A DNA stretch of 24,146 nt from a virus (taxonomy: Duplodnaviria; Caudoviricetes): IMG/VR virus record IMGVR_UViG_3300042402_002590, positions 1 to 24,146 of that record; one strand, written 5' to 3'. Each line of letters starts with the position of its first letter. Position 1 is the stretch's first letter. Below the pieces are notes generated by a model that was not told where the DNA came from, did no database searches, and worked only from the letters and a program-made list of their open reading frames with translations. A program made the translations under genes and the position numbers. Shown in pieces: positions 10,003-18,512 of this stretch.

Positions 10003-10502
10003 GAGATAGGTAGTTTTAATCTTCCATCATATCCTGTATATTCAAGATCAATGAAATACTCCTCAATAAAATACTGAATTGATAAATAAGAAGACAAGGC
10101 CTCATTAAATCTGAACATTATAGTATTGTAATTTATCTTGCTCGGTGAATTAATTGTGCTTTGACTTTGCGAGTTTCCTGCAATAGTATTGTTTTGGCTT
10201 TGCTCGGAAGTGAACCCTGCATAAATGAATTTAGCTAACATCACAACCATTCCCTGACTGTCAACGTTCTCATCATTTATTACCTCAAAAAACTTATTGT
10301 ATATCTTTAGAAACTTTAAAGATTGAGGCACTCCGCCAACTAAATCATCTACAAAAAGGTCATATAATTCCTTTCCTAAAAGTTCAATAAGTATCCTTTC
10401 TTCACGTTCCTCAATGTATTCAGTTAATTCCGCTGACGTATAAACATCAGTCGCAATTGCGTAATTTCCTTTAAAGTCCGAAAGATTGATAATTATTCCC
10501 AT
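9993..10502 (-). CDS. Putative head-tail adaptor protein (169 aa)
   Basis: Helical acidic protein (IINLSDFK...ELLGKELYD) in the adaptor position after the capsid gene. Confidence 0.6.
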   Translation of the reverse strand: MGIIINLSDFKGNYAIATDVYTSAELTEYIEEREERILIELLGKELYDLFVDDLVGGVPQSLKFLKIYNKFFEVINDENVDSQGMVVMLAKFIYAGFTSEQSQNNTIAGNSQSQSTINSPSKINYNTIMFRFNEALSSYLSIQYFIEEYFIDLEYTGYDGRLKLPISWA

Positions 10503-10727
10503 TTATTCAACGATTTTTGCAAAGCCTCTTGATACTAAAATGTCAGCTACCTGTATTCCTACATTAAACATTTCGCCTTCCTGCATACCTTCACCACTCT
10601 TGATAATAACTATTTCTGTTGGTTCTGAAGGGTTTTTGTAAGTCTTTGGTACTGCTACCTCAACTGACTCCTGAACGTCGCTTGATTCAACTTCAATTGG
10701 TTCTGATACTTGTTTTGATTTTGCCAT
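10503..10727 (-). CDS. Small head-associated hypothetical protein (74 aa)
   Basis: Directly after the capsid gene. Acidic N-terminus and a GEMFNV...ADILVSRGFAK ending of the kind common in post-capsid small proteins. Confidence 0.7.
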   Translation of the reverse strand: MAKSKQVSEPIEVESSDVQESVEVAVPKTYKNPSEPTEIVIIKSGEGMQEGEMFNVGIQVADILVSRGFAKIVE

Positions 10728-10751
10728 TGCTTTTTATATTGAAAAATTAAT

Positions 10752-10772
10752 AAAGGGAGGGTTTCCCCTCCC
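10752..10772 (-). terminator. Hairpin terminator after the major capsid gene
   Basis: Minus strand GGGAGGG-GAAA-CCCTCCC-TTTATT: perfect 7-bp stem with a GNRA loop, 7 nt after the stop. The interrupted U-tract suggests partial read-through. Confidence 0.8.
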
Positions 10773-10779
10773 GTTTAAA

Positions 10780-12309
10780 CTATGCTTTTTTGATAGCTGC
10801 AATATCAGTCGCAAAAGTACCTTTAACGAACGCTGTTCTATCGTTATTTTTGGTTACTAAAGCACCTCTCCACTCAGCAATAATAGTTCTCAAATTCTTG
10901 GTGAAGTCGTTTCCGTCCAAACCAATTGAGATTCTAACTCCTTGTCTCGTGTATAATGTAGCCATATCAAATGCTCCTACTAAATACGTCCCTACAGTTA
11001 CAAGTGTAGTTGGTATCATAGGCACTCCGTCCAATAATAATTGACCTGCAACCAATGACAATCTTTCGATATATCTTTTGTCGGTGCTTGATACCTTTTT
11101 GGTTTTCAAGGCTGCAATCGTTGTTGGATTTAATAAAATAGCTGTCGGCATTTCTTGCTCTGCAAGTGCAATTTGATTCATTGCCACCACTAAAACGTCA
11201 ACTTCGTTTGGATTATCAACCTCGTTCGCTTGACCTGTCGCGAAAGTTCCTGCAGCAAATGCTGTCGCAACTGTTCTAATTCCATTCAAAGCAGGAGCCG
11301 TTCCATTACCACTATACGCTGTAAGTTCAACGTCCTTCATTAATTCTCTTAACAACTCGTTGTTAATTTCAGCGTTAATGAAGTCAATATCATCTAACAT
11401 TTCAGTTGAAACTTTGATGAATGCTGTACGCTTAACAACTGCTTGTGATGCCACAACTAAATCATAATCAATTTGATTTTTAGTGATACCTTCCGCTGTT
11501 CCACCTGCAGACCCGTCTTTGTTCGCTTGATAAACCCATGAAATGATGTTTGAAGACGCTGTCCCACTTGCGAATAAATCCATTAAACGTACTCTGCGAG
11601 TCGCAATAACATTTAAGCCTGTGATTCTTTGCTCTACAGGAACGTTACCACCTGAAACATTGCCTGTGATAGTCATGTTACCAACTTCTTTTGTGGCAAA
11701 AGAAAACTCATTTCCTTTAATGTCATGAAGTTCACCGTTCTTTAATGCTTTTAACTTTTCAATGTTATCCTCCAAACCTTTGCGAACGCTGTCTTTAAAA
11801 GTAAGACCACCTACATTCTTTTCGCTTTCAGATAACTTTTTGATCATAAGACCGTGTTGCTTTAGAGTTTCATTTAAAGATTTCATTTGGTCAATTCTAT
11901 CCTGTGCCAAATTCTCCTGCATTTCTTTTATCGTTGCAAGATTCTTTTCATTGCTCTCATCAATTAGTCTTTTGATTTCTAACTTTGAAGCTTCGTTTTT
12001 GGCATTGTAATACTCGGCCAACTGTTCAGGAGAAGCGTCTTTTAAAAAGACATTTAACTCCTCGCCTTTTAACTCTTTAAATTTACCCTCTGTCATAAAC
12101 ACAGGAAGTAAAACTGCAAAGCTAATTGCCTCGGCTGTAATTACTCCACCATTTTTGAAGGTCGATGCATCAATACTTGACACGCTGAACGCGATAAGTC
12201 CAAACACCATAGCCATTAAGAAAACTTGAATGTTTCTTTTTCTTTGTGCAAACTTTATTTTCATTGAGTTCGCATTGTCTTTTTTGTAATTTAATTCTTT
12301 GTAGTACAT
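10780..12309 (-). CDS. Major capsid protein, HK97 fold, with N-terminal scaffold (delta) region (509 aa)
   Basis: Motifs AEGITKNQ, FIKVSTEMLDD, GNGTAPALNGI, LLDGVPMI, GNDFTKNLRTIIAEWR. A coiled-coil region precedes the mature domain. Follows the protease gene. Confidence 0.95.
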   Translation of the reverse strand: MYYKELNYKKDNANSMKIKFAQRKRNIQVFLMAMVFGLIAFSVSSIDASTFKNGGVITAEAISFAVLLPVFMTEGKFKELKGEELNVFLKDASPEQLAEYYNAKNEASKLEIKRLIDESNEKNLATIKEMQENLAQDRIDQMKSLNETLKQHGLMIKKLSESEKNVGGLTFKDSVRKGLEDNIEKLKALKNGELHDIKGNEFSFATKEVGNMTITGNVSGGNVPVEQRITGLNVIATRRVRLMDLFASGTASSNIISWVYQANKDGSAGGTAEGITKNQIDYDLVVASQAVVKRTAFIKVSTEMLDDIDFINAEINNELLRELMKDVELTAYSGNGTAPALNGIRTVATAFAAGTFATGQANEVDNPNEVDVLVVAMNQIALAEQEMPTAILLNPTTIAALKTKKVSSTDKRYIERLSLVAGQLLLDGVPMIPTTLVTVGTYLVGAFDMATLYTRQGVRISIGLDGNDFTKNLRTIIAEWRGALVTKNNDRTAFVKGTFATDIAAIKKA

Positions 12310-12316
12310 TTTGTTT

Positions 12317-13129
12317 TTAGTTTAATAAGTGAATTAATTTGTTTTTAATGAATTGAGTGGAGTTATCCGACTCTTTTGAAGTGATTATATCGGCTTCAAT
12401 GACTTTGCTCTCAACCGAAATGGTCGGAGTATATTGATTGCTGCCAATTACGACAGCACTTCCTTCAATAATTTTGGCTTCAGTAACAGCCCAAAACATT
12501 CCCTGTTCCTCGGCATCTTGTCTGTTTACTACCTGCCCAATGTACTTATCCCAATTTGCTTTCTCCTCGGCATAGTAAGAGTCACTTGAATTTATGCAAA
12601 GAAACAAGGTCACGTATTGCATTCCTACAGAATGATTTCTAACATAACCTTTAGTGTACTGCTCAAACATATATTCATTTCTTTCAGCCTCTACTTTTGC
12701 ATTGAAAACCAAAGCCTCTGTAACTCCTGAAAATGAAGGATAGCCTAAATCATTCCACGAATACATTTCGGCACTTGCTTTAACCTCATCTGAAATGATG
12801 TTTTCAAATACCATTTTATGCTCCTGCAGGAGGTATAATTGTCTTTGCTCACTTAAAGTCTTTTTCCATAAACCCTTAATGTGAACGTCTCCATGAGAAT
12901 CAAGAACGTTCGTTGTATTGATTATAGCTTTAACTGATATGCTTTTTATTAACTCTAACGTATCTTCGTAGTCGTCCTTGTTAGCTGATTGCTTAACTAC
13001 TTTTGACTCGCTTACAGGGCAAATTACAGAGTCAGCAATTTTCATTGATGCTTTCTTTTGCGCGATATACAACTTCGCATTGTCTTTGAAGTGTTTAAAC
13101 TTTAATTCTTTCGTTGCAAACTCGGTCAT
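12317..13129 (-). CDS. Prohead (capsid maturation) protease, HK97-like
   Basis: DSHGDVH..GLWKKT, LLQEH (putative catalytic His), HSVG (putative catalytic Ser), IIEGSAVVIGSNQYTP. Located between portal and capsid. Confidence 0.88.
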   Translation of the reverse strand: MTEFATKELKFKHFKDNAKLYIAQKKASMKIADSVICPVSESKVVKQSANKDDYEDTLELIKSISVKAIINTTNVLDSHGDVHIKGLWKKTLSEQRQLYLLQEHKMVFENIISDEVKASAEMYSWNDLGYPSFSGVTEALVFNAKVEAERNEYMFEQYTKGYVRNHSVGMQYVTLFLCINSSDSYYAEEKANWDKYIGQVVNRQDAEEQGMFWAVTEAKIIEGSAVVIGSNQYTPTISVESKVIEADIITSKESDNSTQFIKNKLIHLLN

Positions 13130-13212
13130 TTTTTCACAATTTTCTTTGTTTTTACTAATTGCTCCCTCGCTTTTTTTACTTCTTCAACTTCTTTCTTTGA
13201 TAATTTTGCCAT
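13126..13212 (-). CDS. Small basic peptide (28 aa), not in the ORF track
   Basis: MAKLSKKEVEEVKKAREQLVKTKKIVKK. Fills the portal-protease gap, has an ATGA overlap with the protease start and a promoter box just upstream. Confidence 0.65.
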   Translation of the reverse strand: MAKLSKKEVEEVKKAREQLVKTKKIVKK

Positions 13213-13224
13213 TTCTTTCGATGT

Positions 13225-13232
13225 CAAATGTA
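13225..13232 (-). promoter_or_regulatory. Bacteroidota-type -7 promoter box (TACATTTG)
   Basis: In the 28-nt gap after the portal stop, 12 nt before ATG 13212. Confidence 0.6.
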
Positions 13233-13240
13233 TGAATAAT

Positions 13241-14512
13241 TTAATTTACTGCAGGAATATTTTTTTGTTCCTCGGGAGTATTTGCAATCGGCACCCCACC
13301 AATCATTAAAATATCAGCGTTATCCTCAGGCAAAGTTTCATAGTCTAACTCCCTTCTTACTTCGTTGGCTGTTAATATTCCGTTTTGTTTTACCATAGTA
13401 AATATTTGAGCCTTCCTTAACTTGTCCTCCTGTAAAGCTTCAACACCTGAAAAATCTTGACGCAATCTATATTCACCTACAGGATAATGATTCTTGATAA
13501 TGAATGAAAGTCCATCACAAACCTTTTTGCTTAATGGAATGATGCAATTTGTGTACATTGCCTTCTCCGCTTCTAACCTATTATTGTACGTCTTATTTTC
13601 GGGATCATTGAATAATGATGAATCAAGACCATAAACATTACAGAGTGCACGAGTGTTAACAACTCCTTTTTCAATTAACTGCAAATCTGAAGGACTCATA
13701 GCCATTTGGATAAACCCGAGGTCCTTGTTGGTGACTTTTATTTTACCGAAATTATGAGTGCCACCTGTTTCGTTGTTCCAAGTATTTTGTGCTTCCTTTG
13801 CTTGTTCAGGAGTCATTGGTATATTGGACTTGTCGGTTATCATACCTATAGCACCTCTATTTTGAAGGAGTGCTGCATCGGCTTCCCACCTATCGTTTCC
13901 TGTTTTAACTACCATTGCAGCAACTTGAATCGGGCTTAAACCATAAAGGTCTTCATTAAAAGAATTGAAACAAGGGTTATGGAATTTAATGTGAGATACC
14001 TCCTCCATTGTAAACTCTCTGTGAGTCCTTCCATAAGTAAACAGGTACTTATATTTAGGAATAAAGAAGTCTTGGTTTGATTCAATTGTCACCGAGTCAG
14101 AAGGCAAAATGTCAATGTCTTGGTAAATATCCCCCTGTATAGTAGTGCCACATTTAATGTAAGCGTTCCCTGTGGTTAATAGGTATAGTAATATCAACTC
14201 ATGAACATCACCCCAATTATAGCCCTTAATAGGATTTGGGTTTGCCATTAAATCAAAGAGGGTGCTATTTTGGACTTCCTTCCACGTTCCATTGTTAAAC
14301 CTTCGTTCAACTATCCATTCTTGTGCTTTGCTTACGTCAACTATCTTTCTAATTATTGAATAAACATCTACATTTGAACCATAACTTTGACTTATTAAAG
14401 AGCCATTATTCATAGCTAATGAGTTCGCTGCAAAACTTCCAAACATTTTATAAATATTTTCTCGTTGTTGCTCCGTAGTTCCGAGTGACCTAATCCAATT
14501 TATAAATCCCAT
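13241..14512 (-). CDS. Portal protein, HK97 family (423 aa)
   Basis: LMANPN, LLTTGNAYI, EEVSHIKF, YGLSPI, LCNVYGL, TYNNRLEA and GILTANEVRREL motifs. Follows the terminase. Confidence 0.95.
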   Translation of the reverse strand: MGFINWIRSLGTTEQQRENIYKMFGSFAANSLAMNNGSLISQSYGSNVDVYSIIRKIVDVSKAQEWIVERRFNNGTWKEVQNSTLFDLMANPNPIKGYNWGDVHELILLYLLTTGNAYIKCGTTIQGDIYQDIDILPSDSVTIESNQDFFIPKYKYLFTYGRTHREFTMEEVSHIKFHNPCFNSFNEDLYGLSPIQVAAMVVKTGNDRWEADAALLQNRGAIGMITDKSNIPMTPEQAKEAQNTWNNETGGTHNFGKIKVTNKDLGFIQMAMSPSDLQLIEKGVVNTRALCNVYGLDSSLFNDPENKTYNNRLEAEKAMYTNCIIPLSKKVCDGLSFIIKNHYPVGEYRLRQDFSGVEALQEDKLRKAQIFTMVKQNGILTANEVRRELDYETLPEDNADILMIGGVPIANTPEEQKNIPAVN

Positions 14513-14530
14513 TTTATAGTTATTTTTTTA

Positions 14531-14538
14531 CAAATGTA
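14531..14538 (-). promoter_or_regulatory. Bacteroidota-type -7 promoter box (TACATTTG)
   Basis: In the 36-nt terminase-portal gap, 18 nt before the portal ATG. Confidence 0.6.
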
Positions 14539-14548
14539 ATTCTTTTTT

Positions 14549-15700
14549 TTAACCAAAATAAAAAGCGACTGCAGGAATTAATTCATCAAAGGCATACCTC
14601 AAAGGGTCAATTAAATGATTCATTGCATCAATAGGTGTTTCAGACTTCTTATCATGCCAAGTATAAGCCCTCAATTCCTCCTTTAAGTTCAGGCTGTTAG
14701 GTGTTACGATTATCTGATAGTCCTGCATTCTCTTGATAGTATTCCTCACAGAATCGGCTCCTTTTGCTGCGGGTTTGATATTGAAACCTGCGATTGAAAT
14801 GTTTGTGATGCCTCGGGCATCAGCACAATCGGCCACAATTAAAGTATTTTTATTTTTGATCAATGAATTCATTTCTTGAATCAACCTTTCTGATGAGTTC
14901 CCTGACCTATACATTACCTCATCTGCATAAATAATCTTTTTCTTTTTATCAATTGCTACCTTTATTAAAGTGTCAGGGTCTTTAAAACCAAAGTCTTGAC
15001 CATAGATATAAGGCAAACTATCATCAAATTCACCCTCCTGCCAATTTTGAAATATCGCGCCCTGCAAAGTTCCTATTTCACCGAGGCCATAAACCCTCCA
15101 CCAATTTGCCCAATATTCAGAGTGCTTTCCCTTTTCCTTTTTTTCTAAAAGTTCTTCAAGTTTATTCGGTGATAGTGCTTCATTGTCAAGATAGGTAAGC
15201 AAAAGAAATTCGGCTGCCTTCATAGGTAAAACCTCATCATGAACCCAAAATGCTCTTGAAGGATTGAAGTCAATATAAACCTCATCAGACCTTCCCATAA
15301 GTTGATTCGCTATTTCCCACTTGATGTAGTTTGCTTCATTCAGAAAGAGTATATCTCGCTTTCCTGCAGCGTGAGCCTTCCCTGCCTCATCGAACGCTTT
15401 AAATTGAATCTTACTACCACTTGCAAAGGTATATTGGAGAGGGCTGTTTATAAAACTATTCTCATTCCACCTGTTCGTGTCCTTCATTATTTCCTTGAAA
15501 ATGTCTAAAGCACCGTCTTTTACTGCTCCTAAAGTTTCAGCGACAATCGTAATCTTTAAACCTTTCTCACGAATTGCACGATCTATAAGTATCGGAATTA
15601 TTGAATACGTCTTTGAGGCATAAGTCCCACCTTGAACCACCCGAATAGGTGACTTCATTGCATGAATTTTCTTTAATGCTGTGGTTATTTGAAAAGCCAT
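14549..15700 (-). CDS. terL: Terminase large subunit, PBSX-like (383 aa)
   Basis: Walker A variant QGGTYASKT, Walker B ILFLNEA, DFNP, TYLDN, WRVYGLGE, nuclease motifs GQDFGFKDP and DAMNHLIDPLRY. Confidence 0.95.
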   Translation of the reverse strand: MAFQITTALKKIHAMKSPIRVVQGGTYASKTYSIIPILIDRAIREKGLKITIVAETLGAVKDGALDIFKEIMKDTNRWNENSFINSPLQYTFASGSKIQFKAFDEAGKAHAAGKRDILFLNEANYIKWEIANQLMGRSDEVYIDFNPSRAFWVHDEVLPMKAAEFLLLTYLDNEALSPNKLEELLEKKEKGKHSEYWANWWRVYGLGEIGTLQGAIFQNWQEGEFDDSLPYIYGQDFGFKDPDTLIKVAIDKKKKIIYADEVMYRSGNSSERLIQEMNSLIKNKNTLIVADCADARGITNISIAGFNIKPAAKGADSVRNTIKRMQDYQIIVTPNSLNLKEELRAYTWHDKKSETPIDAMNHLIDPLRYAFDELIPAVAFYFG

Positions 15701-15703
15701 TTA

Positions 15704-16204
15704 TTAATCAAGTTTGAAAAGAGGCTGCTCATTGGTAACCTTCATTTCGCCCTTTGCAGGAGCATAGTCTCCCTCTATTTTACTTATTTCAGTCTGCAGT
15801 CCTATGATAACAGTTCGTAATCTTGAACGCTCAGACACGCTTAATTCACGCGATACTTTTTGCACCCTGCCATTTACGACCACTGTGTCAAATGTTTTAT
15901 TGTTTGATAGTTCATAAATGCAATTGTCAACCTCTGCTTTGTAATTCAAAAGACGTTCTGTTTTGCTACCTATTTTTGTCTTGATTATTGTCAACTGTTC
16001 CTCGGTATGTTCGCTGTCCTTTGCTTTTTTAAGAACATCTAAATACTCTGAATAGTGCTCATTGGCGACCTTCCACGCTCTATCAAACGTTCTTTCGCTT
16101 GTTTGCCATTTCTTGCCAAAAGCAGACATCACATTTTGTCGTGATACGTTTCCTGTCTTTAAATGGTCAGTTATAAAATCAATGTATGCATTCCTGTTAT
16201 TCAT
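15704..16204 (-). CDS. Putative terminase small subunit (166 aa)
   Basis: Directly upstream of terL. N-terminal HTH-like segment (WQTSERTFDRAWKVA), helical middle, C-terminal ISKIEGDYAPAK. Confidence 0.7.
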   Translation of the reverse strand: MNNRNAYIDFITDHLKTGNVSRQNVMSAFGKKWQTSERTFDRAWKVANEHYSEYLDVLKKAKDSEHTEEQLTIIKTKIGSKTERLLNYKAEVDNCIYELSNNKTFDTVVVNGRVQKVSRELSVSERSRLRTVIIGLQTEISKIEGDYAPAKGEMKVTNEQPLFKLD

Positions 16205-16809
16205 ATTGATTTCTTTTTTGAGAATTTAGTATTATCAAGTAGTGCAAAGTTTATTATAGGCTTTCGAGCCCAATCATCATTCGTGTCAATCGGCCTTTCT
16301 TTTGGGACACTTTCAATACTTTTATAAACTATAACGTTTTTAAGATTATATCGTTCAATCAACTCATCTTGTCTGCCTCCATAACTTGCTGTCAATATTA
16401 AGTTTTTTGGAATGTCATTTATCCTGTTCACCCAATATTGAAGTGACTTTGTGTAAGCCCACATCTCAACTTCGGGATTGTCAATTGCAAGTTGAACCCA
16501 CATATCAAAGTATTTTTGATTAAAAAAGTCACCTGATGAATGAATCCTAATTGATTTGCAACCTGCAGGAATAACAGGAATACCTCCACCTTTTACGAGA
16601 TCAAAGTTTTTATGTCTATGTTCACGAACTGCAGGAAACCTCTCCGAACTTGCTGCATAACATTTATATTGACCTCTGTGAATGTCAAACTTGCCTGAAT
16701 CTCTGTCAACTGTGACTTTGCATTCAAGCGCAAAAGGACATGTACTTCCTGTCGGCAAATTCCATTCGTAAGCTATTCCACTATAATATTTTTTGTTTTT
16801 TATAAACAT
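16201..16809 (-). CDS. GP88-like protein (possible Fe-S/radical-SAM-related fold)
   Basis: NLP...TCP....C...CYA, IRIHSSGDFF, WAYTKS and NLILTAS motifs, which I recognise from phage gene product 88-like proteins. Confidence 0.7.
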   Translation of the reverse strand: MFIKNKKYYSGIAYEWNLPTGSTCPFALECKVTVDRDSGKFDIHRGQYKCYAASSERFPAVREHRHKNFDLVKGGGIPVIPAGCKSIRIHSSGDFFNQKYFDMWVQLAIDNPEVEMWAYTKSLQYWVNRINDIPKNLILTASYGGRQDELIERYNLKNVIVYKSIESVPKERPIDTNDDWARKPIINFALLDNTKFSKKKSI

Positions 16810-16818
16810 ATTATTGGC

Positions 16819-17316
16819 CTATTTTGGAGTCCATGACTTTGAAAACTCTTTATCTTTAAACACTTCTGACTTTGGGATACCTGCTCTAAAAAGCAACCTA
16901 ACCACTTCTTCCTTTTCCATCATTAATCGTGACATTATTTCTTCACCACAAACTCCCTGCTCTACCATATCAGTGACAATGTTTGACATTTCAAGAACTC
17001 CATGAGTCCCTCTCGCACGATTGTGACGTATCGTAGCCATTTGCTGTTGAGCCTTGTCTTTAGGGTGAACCATAACAGTTGGAACCTTCCCTCCGGTGAG
17101 AGCATAAATTTCTTTTGAGCCCGAAACGGTCCACCTGTGGAATCCGTCAACGATTGTATGGTCGGGATTAATCACTATTGGTTGAGTCCAACCGTCTTCA
17201 AGAATTGATATTTTTAACAACTTCATTTCTGCAGGAGCAACTTTGTTCGGGTTATAATTGTTTGGCTTTAATAATTCCCTGTCAATCCAATTTATTTCAT
17301 CTAAAGGCTGTTTCAT
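16819..17316 (-). CDS. ibrB: IbrB-like ParB/Srx-domain protein
   Basis: PNNYNPNKVAPAEMKLLKISILEDGWTQPIV, IVDGFHR, ATIRHNRARGTH: IbrB signature. Coupled (ATGA overlap) to the IbrA-like gene. Confidence 0.85.
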   Translation of the reverse strand: MKQPLDEINWIDRELLKPNNYNPNKVAPAEMKLLKISILEDGWTQPIVINPDHTIVDGFHRWTVSGSKEIYALTGGKVPTVMVHPKDKAQQQMATIRHNRARGTHGVLEMSNIVTDMVEQGVCGEEIMSRLMMEKEEVVRLLFRAGIPKSEVFKDKEFSKSWTPK

Positions 17317-18512
17317 TTTTTTAATTTTTTTAGTTTATATTTTTCACTTCCAAATACTGCGATTGATTCTTCGAATGTTTTAAACCCTAATTTTTTCTGA
17401 GCGCTAATCGCTGCAGATTCAAGAGCAGGTCCTGTCCTTCCTTTGAAATCACCTTTTATGGCTAACTTACAAAGAAAAGCCCAAGACGTTCCTGTCAAAG
17501 GGTGAACACTTTCATCAGGTATCGCATCATCTGTTTTGTCATAATGCCTCCCGATTATTGAGTTTATGTTCTTCTTTACAGCGACAATGTCAATCGTATC
17601 GTAACTTTCAAGAATTATTTCAATCCATTGTTTGTAGCTTAAATTGTCGGGCTTTGCCTTTTTACCGATTCCATAAAGTTCGGTGTTTGCGTATCTCCAA
17701 GCCGTAGCAACTCCCTTAACTCTTGCTAACATTTTGTGCCACATTTCAGGGAAACATTCTGCATAGATCCATAAGCCTCTTAAAGGTTCCTCCCCAAAAG
17801 GAGGGCAAACTCTTTGACCTAAAAACTTATTGTGCAACCTTGTTTGGTTAAATATGTCATAAGTCTTATTGTAGTCCCAACCGAATTTATGGACCGCTAA
17901 CCATACGTCCTCGCTGCTCCAATCATAAATCGGGTGAGCAATTGATGCATGTCCTTCCCTCGCGATATAATTGTCATTCTTCTTTACGCTTACAGCCTTC
18001 ATACGTCTAAAACTTTCCTGTGTCCTAACTCCTGTTAAGTTTACAGTTAAACCATCACTTCTTCTCGGCTTGGTTGAGCTGAATTCTTGAAAGGAAAGTC
18101 CTTTATGAAAAAGAGGGTCTGACGTAATTACGTTTTTAGGTAATTCACGAACCCAAAGGTCTTTCTTTTCGGAGTCCCAACAATACCAAAAAGGTTCTTC
18201 ATTTGAACAAGCGTTCCTGTGTTTAAATTCAAGACAATACCATTTAAAAGAGTCACCGAATTTCTCGCGTGTCCTTTCAGCGTATTCAATAGTTGGAGGG
18301 TGAATTGCTTCCTCATCAAAAAAGTTAATCTCAAATGTCCTACCTAATTTCTTTGCCACTATCTCCGTTAAGTTTAAGACCACTGTGCTGTCTTTACCTG
18401 CAGAAAAGTTAACTATAACATTGTCAAACGCTGTAAAAAGGTATTCTATTCTTTCGATTGCTTTTGAATAAACGTCTTGATCAAGGAAATCTTTTTTTCT
18501 AACTCGTGCCAT
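17313..18512 (-). CDS. ibrA: IbrA-like protein (PAPS reductase/PP-loop family, DUF3440-type)
   Basis: AIERIEYLF, PP-loop FSAGKDS, FFDEEA, RNACS, GVRTQESFRR, HPIYDWSSEDVW, YNKTYD, QRVCPPFG, PEMWHKMLARVKGV. Confidence 0.87.
   Translation of the reverse strand: MARVRKKDFLDQDVYSKAIERIEYLFTAFDNVIVNFSAGKDSTVVLNLTEIVAKKLGRTFEINFFDEEAIHPPTIEYAERTREKFGDSFKWYCLEFKHRNACSNEEPFWYCWDSEKKDLWVRELPKNVITSDPLFHKGLSFQEFSSTKPRRSDGLTVNLTGVRTQESFRRMKAVSVKKNDNYIAREGHASIAHPIYDWSSEDVWLAVHKFGWDYNKTYDIFNQTRLHNKFLGQRVCPPFGEEPLRGLWIYAECFPEMWHKMLARVKGVATAWRYANTELYGIGKKAKPDNLSYKQWIEIILESYDTIDIVAVKKNINSIIGRHYDKTDDAIPDESVHPLTGTSWAFLCKLAIKGDFKGRTGPALESAAISAQKKLGFKTFEESIAVFGSEKYKLKKLKK

Noticed and set aside
15600-15640. Terminase Walker A reads GGTYASKT instead of GKT
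   Set aside because: GSSKT/ASKT-type variants occur in PBSX-like terminases and the other motifs are intact, so it is not evidence of a pseudogene.
16962-18334. Nested minus-strand ORFs 16962-17150 and 18128-18334
   Set aside because: They are out of frame inside the ibrB-like and ibrA-like genes, with no leader and no recognisable features.
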